64,000 nt of DNA from Chrysomallon squamiferum (lineage: Eukaryota > Animalia > Mollusca), in assembly GCA_012295275.1 (NCBI GenBank), contig CM022669.1, positions 16,864,001 through 16,928,000 on the forward strand, read 5' to 3'. Each line of letters begins with the position of its first letter. Within the stretch, counting starts at the first letter, position 1. Under the pieces are notes generated by a model. The model ran no database searches, was not told where the DNA came from, and worked only from the letters and a program-made list of their open reading frames with translations. The translations under genes were made by a program, and so were the position numbers. Below, in pieces: positions 56,161 to 64,000 of the stretch.

Positions 56161-57231
56161 TGACATAACAATTAACATCTATTACTACTGTTTTGTTTTT
56201 CCTTTGTTTTCAACATATGAAACATAAACACATTTCCATTTAATATCGTTCACTTAAAAATAAACTTTATGTTTTCTAACATAAAATTCGTGCTTCAACG
56301 AGTTTGTTTTAAATAGTAATTAGTGAACAGAAGGTTAAAGTATTCAACTCCAAATTATATTGTTGATCCACAGGTTCAGTTAAGAGGATTTGCATAATAT
56401 TCTTTTTCACTAATATACGTTTTGTTATATGTCTGTGTGTGCGTGTAATCACATACAAAGAAACAGAATGGGATACAGAAAAAGACAGAACAAGACAAAG
56501 ACAGCTAGAGACGGCGGAAGATAAAGAGACAGAGAGAGACAGAGAGGGAGAGAGATTGTTATATATTCATAGTTTCAGCATTATTTGAAAATCAAGATTA
56601 TTCCTTAAACACTTATATTATAATTTTTCTATATTAACTTGAAAGCATTACAAGATATCCATTATTTCATTAGTCTGTCATAACAAGAAATGAATAAAAA
56701 AAAATAATAATAATAATAAGAAGAAGAAGAAGAAGAAGAAGAAACAAATAAATAAATAAATAAATAAACAAAAATCAAAGATGTAATAACTTTTATTTAG
56801 TGTTTTGTGTAATAAATCTTTTACACATGTACACTCTTTGTGATGACTATGATGACGATATTAATGATGATGATAATAATGATGATAATAATAGTGATCA
56901 TGATTATGATGAAAATAAATTATCTTTATAAAATGAAAAATTTTCAGTACCACCAAAAAAAAAAATGAATTTAAATAAAAAACAGAGGCAATGAAATAAA
57001 ATAAACAGTTTCTGACAGGTTTTATCAGATTTATTTTAATTATATATTCAGATATCTGTAAAGATACGACATCACATATGTCTATGAAAAATTTGACGCT
57101 GTTATGTAATTAATAAATGGATCTTGAAATAAAACTGTGAGTGAATATCCATTGCAACTGTTTTTATATTCATTGCAAATGTCGAGTTCAGCTGTTTTGT
57201 TTTTTTATATTTCTTTATATTATTATTATTA

Positions 57232-57301
<70 letters not shown>

Positions 57302-57539
57302 ATTATTTATCCAATCAGTTGCTTCTAAGTTAATGTTTTCTGAAAATTCCGATTCTAATATCTGAAAGTGGAGGAAAATAAAACAAATTTTGGTCACTAC
57401 TAAAAGGTTACGGGTTACAAACCATTATCTGCGACGGACACGCCCGCTGACCTGTCAGAAAGCGTGCCCGTCGCAGACGTGCTTCACAACAGCTTGCTCT
57501 GATTAGCACGTTAATTTTTTTTCCATTCCATTCCATTCC

Positions 57540-57835
57540 AAACCATCGCCCCAAAAATGGCTGTCAAACGACCACTGGTGCGTGCTAGCTCAGCGCTCGG
57601 TCATACTACCGCCCATGGAGTTCTGCATCTATAATTGCTGCGTGGTTTGAAGTCATGGATGACGGACCTGATGTTCCTCTTAATTATTATGCGGTTTTAC
57701 ATGAGCAGAGGATGACGCCAGATTCCATTTGATTTTGTGGAACCATCATCTGACTATTGGCCTCAGAACAAACAATAATCTGGAAAGTTTTCATTTTCGG
57801 AACGAATGGGTCAGTCCAACCTCACCATCCAAATA
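57540..57835 (+). mobile_element. Second MULE-like transposase remnant, truncated at the Tigger insertion
   Basis: LWNHHLTIGLRTNNNLESFH, with clear nucleotide similarity to 49157-49262. Confidence 0.55.
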
Positions 57836-58606
57836 CAGTGATACCTCGACTTACGAGTTAAATTCTTTCCGTGACCGAGCTGGTTACTCAAAATGCTCGT
57901 ATATGAAATCAATTTTCCCAAATGAAAGTAAATGAAACACCATTAATTTGTTCCAACCCCCCCCCCCTAGAAACCACCTCATTGATTTTTTTTTTTTTTT
58001 TTTTTTTTTTTTGTAACGTGTTTTATATAAGAAAAATCTATTAATAAATGACAAATATTGTATAAAAACAAAAATGAAAAGAGAACGTAAAGAAATAAAT
58101 TGGTTTTCTAAAGTGTATTTTTCTTCGAGATCAGATAAACTATTTTAACGCCTTTGGCTGCAGTTACAGCCTTTATCGACTCCTTTAGCTTCAGTATTGT
58201 ACATATCGTAAAAGTACAGCGCTCGTACTGCCTAGCCAAGTCGACTACATATACACATCGCTCATGTTTTTCTATGAATTCAAGCTTTATTTCAATGGAC
58301 ATCATTCGCTTCTTCTTCTCAGCACTCACTTTCTTAGGATCCACGGCCAGAATAAAGAAATTCGGCTTAATACTGCACAAAAAAACGCGAGCACAACATA
58401 AAAGAGATGCTTCCACGGTGGGGTAATTACGTAAAGCAAACGAGTAAAATGCGGGATGCTGGGCGGATGATGTGTTGTTCATTGCGCCAACTAGCGGCGG
58501 CGTATCTGAAGTTAGCTCGTAACTCGGATCTTGGCTCCCAACTCAAAGCAAACAGTCGCCCGGAAATTTGTAAGCTGGAGCACTCGTAACGCGGGGTACC
58601 ACTCAG
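57836..58606 (-). mobile_element. Non-autonomous Tigger/pogo DNA transposon
   Basis: Imperfect TIRs CAGTGATACCTCGACTTACGAGT ... ACTCGTAACGCGGGGTACCACT(CA)G flanked by TA. An internal minus-strand CENP-B/Psq-type HTH remnant reads KKKRMMSIEIKLEFIEKHERCVYVVDLARQYERCTFTICTILKLKESIK. Confidence 0.85.
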
Positions 58607-58745
58607 TAATATACATATATGTGTGTATGCATATAAAATAATAATAATACAACTACTGAATCATTTACACAGCAAGTGTGACCAGCTATGCGGATTTCTG
58701 GATATATATTTAAAATATGAAGAAAAATAATTAATTACTTAACTA

Positions 58746-58801
<56 letters not shown>

Positions 58802-58910
58802 TGATGATGATGATAATAATAAATTACACCAAATTTAAGTCATTTTTGAAAGAAAAGTGAAAGCGAATAACTAACAAATCTGTCTTTCAAACAAAAGTGA
58901 AAATAATTCT

Positions 58911-60482
58911 TCAAAGTGAAAACAGCTTTCCTAACAGCAAAGTTCCTAGGTTGTCTAGATTAGAGACGACTGGACTGTAACCATCTTGTTGCCATGGTCC
59001 CAGCAACCATGGAAACCAGAGGAAAGGTTTCACGAAGAAGTGGTCGATGTCGTGCTGAACAGCCGAGTGACTTGAGCTAAATATTCCATCCACAACGAGA
59101 GTTCCTGAATCTGTCACTGGTACGTACAGACCTTACGAAGTTCAAAATACAAATAAAACAGTTAATAACAATTTTATTATATTTGGAACGGATAATAGTT
59201 CGATAAAGAAGTAAATAGAAATCACAAAACAATTAACCGTGAACAAGTAAAGGTACAACAGTTAATGTATTTTAATGTGTGTGTGTGTGTATGTGTGTGC
59301 GAACGTGTTTCTGTATGTGTTTCCCTTTTATTGGCCTGTCTATATTTATTTATAACAAATTTATGTTGTTTTTCTTTTACCTTGTTTAAAAGAAAATGAA
59401 ATGTGCACAACACGTTCTGGACAAAAGCCGTCTGGACATGAGTTTGTAGAGAAAATGTAATCACCTGGTTCCACTGATTTGGCAGTTCTGGTTAATAAAC
59501 AAACATAGGGAAGATTAAAATGCGATGTAATTCTTATTCCTATTATTATAATTGTGAAAGAGATGCATGAGAAAAAAATGACATAAAGTATTTTCATTAA
59601 CGGACTGTCACTTCCCATCATTATTAGGAATACACTGAGGATAGAGAATAAAATATTTTTAAAATGCATTGTTTGAAACTGATGTAGAATATGTACATAT
59701 GATTCGTTTAAATTTCTTTTTACCTAGCTACCATGTCAGCCGAGTTGTTATTTTTGGAGACAAAGATAAAATGGTCACTCGACATAGACACACTGTTGCC
59801 AAATTCTGTTGTTAGTGTTTGATGAGTCACGTTCATATTTGGTTGTCGCTTCAGAAACGTTTTCACTTTCATAAACAAACGTCGACCGTTTTGCACTGTA
59901 ATAAAATAGGAAACTAGATAAATGGTCAAGAATGAGTAAGATATTAATACCAACACCTTTCCGAGGGGTCGTTACATTTTGTTATCTCATTAATCATTTG
60001 ATATTTATAGAAAAGTTGCTGTGGTTGATAAAATAGGAGTATTTTTTTTTTAGAAGAGAATAAGTCAAGCTCTAATATTATGTCGAAGGATCGAAGTTGC
60101 TAATGAAATGGTTAGAGGAGCGTTTCAGACGAAAGATACAGCTATAATTGTATAATTTAGTAAAGTTAATTCGGAGGAACATTTTCAACTGACAGGATAT
60201 ATTGTGAACACTGGGTGCAGTAAACTTTTGTAGTTTTATGATTTAAACATGAACACAAAACTAGTGTAACTGGACGAGTAGTTTCTCTCAAAAAATTTGT
60301 TTTCTTTTCTTTCTTTCTTTTCTTTTTCATTTTCTTTCCTTTTTTTTTTTTTCTTTCTTCAATGTGAAAGGACAAGTTCTCGCATTCTTTATCTTGATTA
60401 AACAAGATACTGAGTAAAGATGCAGCATTCGATACAGAAGTAAATAATATCATATTTAACTTCATTAGTCGCTTTTTTTAAT

Positions 60483-60513
<31 letters not shown>

Positions 60514-63500
60514 TTTTGAGTACATTAATTTAACACGTTCTGATGAACGGTTGCTTTCCGTTGAACGTATTTGAACCCGTACACTGTTTGTATAATGTGT
60601 TAAAGGTGACACGATATTTTTATTGTTGAATTTTTCTTTAACCATTACTAACCATTTGTATGTATGTTAGTTAAAATGATATAATTTTATATTTATTTAT
60701 TTTTTTATTATTATTATTTCTCTGAGAGGCAAAAACCATGTAAAGTATGTATTTCATTTCATCTCAAGAATTTCGCTAAAACCTTTCACATTCCGTGATC
60801 GCTGCAATATATCTTGGAAACAGTTTATAAAAGAATGTTGTTAAACAGATATTAACTCTCTTGCCTGTCAGTACTTTTTGTCCAGCTTTTAGATTCTTCA
60901 TTCGAATCAACGATCCGTCCTCTGTAACAAGATATGAATCGCCACAAAAGCATGATCCTTTTCCTGAGCTTATCACCTCCGGAGCTTGACATTTCTGACA
61001 ACATTCTCCTTCTTGTTCACCACTCTTATAGCAGCCGCAGAAATCATCGTCACATGCTGCCTTGGGTCCAGCTATCATTCTGTTGGTGTTTGTATCCATA
61101 CATTTGCACATTGCCTGTCATAGAAGTGCGGTTTGTCCACATTAGAACACTGATATGGAATAAAATTTCATTCTAACTAACACAGACAGACAGACACACA
61201 GCCACTCACTGATTCACGTAAACTCACGTAAACTCTCACACACACACACGCACACACTTATCCACCTAAAACAATACCAACAATCACAGAATACGAATTA
61301 CTTTTTTATGAATTAATCAGAACAGTGTTTATGTTGAAAAGTAATAACCAAACCAGTTACTGGGGAGTTTTACTGATGATGTTAACTAAATAAAAAAAAA
61401 CTTTATTTAATGGTTTACAGAAAGATAATATTGGTACCTAATACAGAATTTTTTATGAATTAATCAGAACAGTGTTTATGTTGAAAAGTAATAACCAAAC
61501 CAGTTACTGGGGAGTTTTACTGATGATGTTAACTAAATAAATTTTTTTTTTTATTTAATGGTTTACAGAAAGATAATATTGGTACCTAATAAAGAATTTT
61601 GTCATTCATAAGCAAACCATTATTGCTCAAAACAGATATCGCTTTTGTATGGACTAGACAATTCTCTGAAGTACAACATAAAGAAACTGTATATGATATA
61701 TACCTCGTAGGGAAAGTGTAATCCTTTTGCATCCTTTCTATCTTGAGTTTACATGCAGTATTGTTTACTCTTTCGACAAGTTGATTTGTTATTTTCTACT
61801 TTACAAATACTGGCAAAAACCCATGTACTCTATTATATTTCGACTACAGAAAAATGGTTATGTTTCCTTATTAATTAAGACTACAAAAAAAAAACAGAAG
61901 AAGAAGAATAGGAAAAGAAAGAAAAAGCAAACAATTATTATAGTTTACATTTTTTTCTTAAAATCATTAGATGTATAGTTTAGTACTTACGATACCATCC
62001 TGTACAGTTTTAGCTAGGAGGTAAATAAATGAGAAAAGTTACATATATAATATATGCACAAACACTGAAGTGTAAATGTGTGTGTGTTTTCGTTGGAAGA
62101 AGACATATTCACTGAAAATCAGGACGTTTCTTACCAGCGTACAAAATCGGTCTCTGACATAAACTGATGAGCCTCGATATCTTCGCTTCAGTTGCAGGAT
62201 AAAAAAATGAATCGGTTATGTTTGCTTTTTTGCTGTAGTTTTTTTTTTTCTGGGTTTTTTGTTTGTTTGTTGTTGTTTTTTGTGGTTTTTTCTCTTCTTT
62301 TTTTTGTTGGTTGTTGTTGTTTTTTTGTATTTTTTTCTTGGATTTTTCGTTTTTAATGACACCCAGCACAAAAACAGTTGGTTACTGTACTACATTAAAC
62401 AATTATTTCTATAAATGTGAATGACATCATCGTCTATACAATCTTTCGACAGATGCACTATTCGAATACAATGCTAGATGGTTTAACATTCAATGGTGGA
62501 AGAAAAATATGAAGGAGTCTCTGTTATTGTGTCAAACCTGGAAACAACCCAGAACTGCTTGATGCGAAAATCAAAGGTACAAGTAGCATTTAGCTTTACA
62601 TCAAACGACCTAACATACCTCTCTTCAAACACCAGGTAACGACTAGGATGTTTTGGTAAGGGTTTTAATTTTGATAACAACTGAAGAGATTACTAAGTAC
62701 GTCTAGCATGAAAACTAGGTTCGAACATACAAGCTGTCAACAACCGATGTTGATCCGCTTGACAAACGATACAAGAGAGATCGTCCATAATTGTATCTTC
62801 ATTAATTCCTTCTGAATCTCTTGACCTAATCACTCCCTTGCATGAGTTACAGACTTATGTGCAATAACTTTGTTGCATAATACAGCGGATTTAAGAGCGG
62901 ATCTGGTCAGATTGTCATTTGAACATTCCGCAACCGGTGAATCATTCCTAATTTTTTTTTAACATATTTGGGCTCGCCAGACAAACCAGCGAATTGCTTC
63001 AGTACGGCAGATTATGACAATTTACTGATGTAACAAATAACAAAAACCTTAGCGAATACTGAGAAGAAACAACGGTTGTTAGCTCTTGAGCTTCGCGTGA
63101 CCACCAAATAACCAAATATCGCCTAAAAATATTAATTTTATTCTGCTCAAATCGAAGGGCCCGATGTAGCTCGGCTTATTCCTGCTGAATCGGACAATTC
63201 TGACCTTCACTGAATAAAGCTCATATCTTAAGACATTTATTCCCTGTAAATATATAACAATAAACACATCTCTATAGCCAGGTGAACTCATTTTCTTTTC
63301 TTTCTTTTCTCTTATTGACACTATCAACGAAAGAATGGTGAAATTTCTTAAACCTGGTTTTTAACAAGGACATTTTTGATATTACATGTGATATTTTGAA
63401 ACATATGTTAATGAAATATTAACTCATATATTAAATCATGCAAGCACACACACACACATGTTAATTATTACTCAGCACAAAACAGATTCAGACATAATCT

Positions 63501-63842
63501 TGACTTTAGCAATAAGCGGTTTATTCTGAACATTGACAATCCTGTTTGATGTTCTAACAATGACTCCAGTTTGTGGTCTTTGTAATTTTATCTTATGTCA
63601 GAACTTTCAGTGATATCAACTTTATGTCATGACCTGTAAAGTTCGTGCTCAATCTATTTAATTATTTTTCTTTGTTTTTTCTAGGTATTTTAGCGTAAGA
63701 AAATTACATGACTTTACACGAAAGGGACTATGAAGCTAGTCTCTGAGGGACAAATTGAAACATATGGAAGATATTAAAAGAGAACATTTGTAAATTTAAA
63801 AAAATTATTTGAATTACTTACCACTTAAAGTCCTGTACAATA
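58911..63842 (-). CDS. Hedgehog-related (Hint/Hog) secreted precursor, copy E (5'-partial; first exon beyond window)
   Basis: Exons 63842-63822, 62013-61991, 61114-60865, 59895-59724, 59487-59381 and 59131-58911, the same sizes as in D. ...LYRTLSAKTVQDGIAMCKCMDTNTNRMIAGPKAACDDDFCGCYKSGEQEGECCQKCQAPEVISSGKGS|CFCGDS. The last acceptor is AAG rather than CAG. Confidence 0.88.
61305..61600. repeat. ~147-bp tandem duplication in an intron of copy E
   Basis: ATGAATTAATCAGAACAGTG...GGTACCTAAT occurs twice in E and once in D (~52622-52760). Confidence 0.85.
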
Positions 63843-64000
63843 CTGAAAATTTGACCAAATATATTAAATTCCTTTAACAAAATAGCTGTGCTATGAATGA
63901 GATAGGGGAAAAAAGCTTTCACAAAATAAAATAATTTATTTGTATATTCTTTCATGTTAATTAGTTGTTAATTAGAGTATTTAACGATGCGTGAAGCCAA

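Larger units (their letters stand above)
58800..64000. repeat. Recent direct segmental duplicate of ~50570-54600
   Basis: Introns as well as exons align between D and E (stop-codon offset 8217). The last bases of the window match 54574-54599, so the duplicate continues past the edge. Confidence 0.9.

Overview
AT-rich, microsatellite-dense, intron-containing animal DNA. The repeat types suggest a lophotrochozoan, probably a mollusc, but that is inference. The left half holds a 7-exon CFAP161 (minus strand) head-to-head with a 3-exon GOLPH3 (plus strand), then an intronless secreted chitin/polysaccharide deacetylase with a likely GPI signal. The right half (29.2-64 kb) is a tandem array of five spliced minus-strand paralogs, called A-E here; the first exon of E lies beyond the window. 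The ORF track shows these genes only as fragments. Spliced by hand, each encodes a ~272-280 aa precursor: signal peptide + variable 8-Cys peptide + Hedgehog-type Hint autoprocessing domain + SRR-like tail. They keep Cys1 and the (T/S)xxH motif. Every copy replaces the Hedgehog Asp of FLDR (now FLKR), the Cys of ASCY (now SSSH) and the SRR HWY motif. This suggests a self-cleaving secreted-peptide family with a constant processing module and diversified cargo, rather than cholesterol-modified Hedgehog. Also present: an inverted orphan Hint exon, a conserved GC-AG intron, micro-exons, a recent D/E duplication, and Tigger, MULE, LINE and SINE remnants. All gene models are manual splice predictions without transcript evidence.
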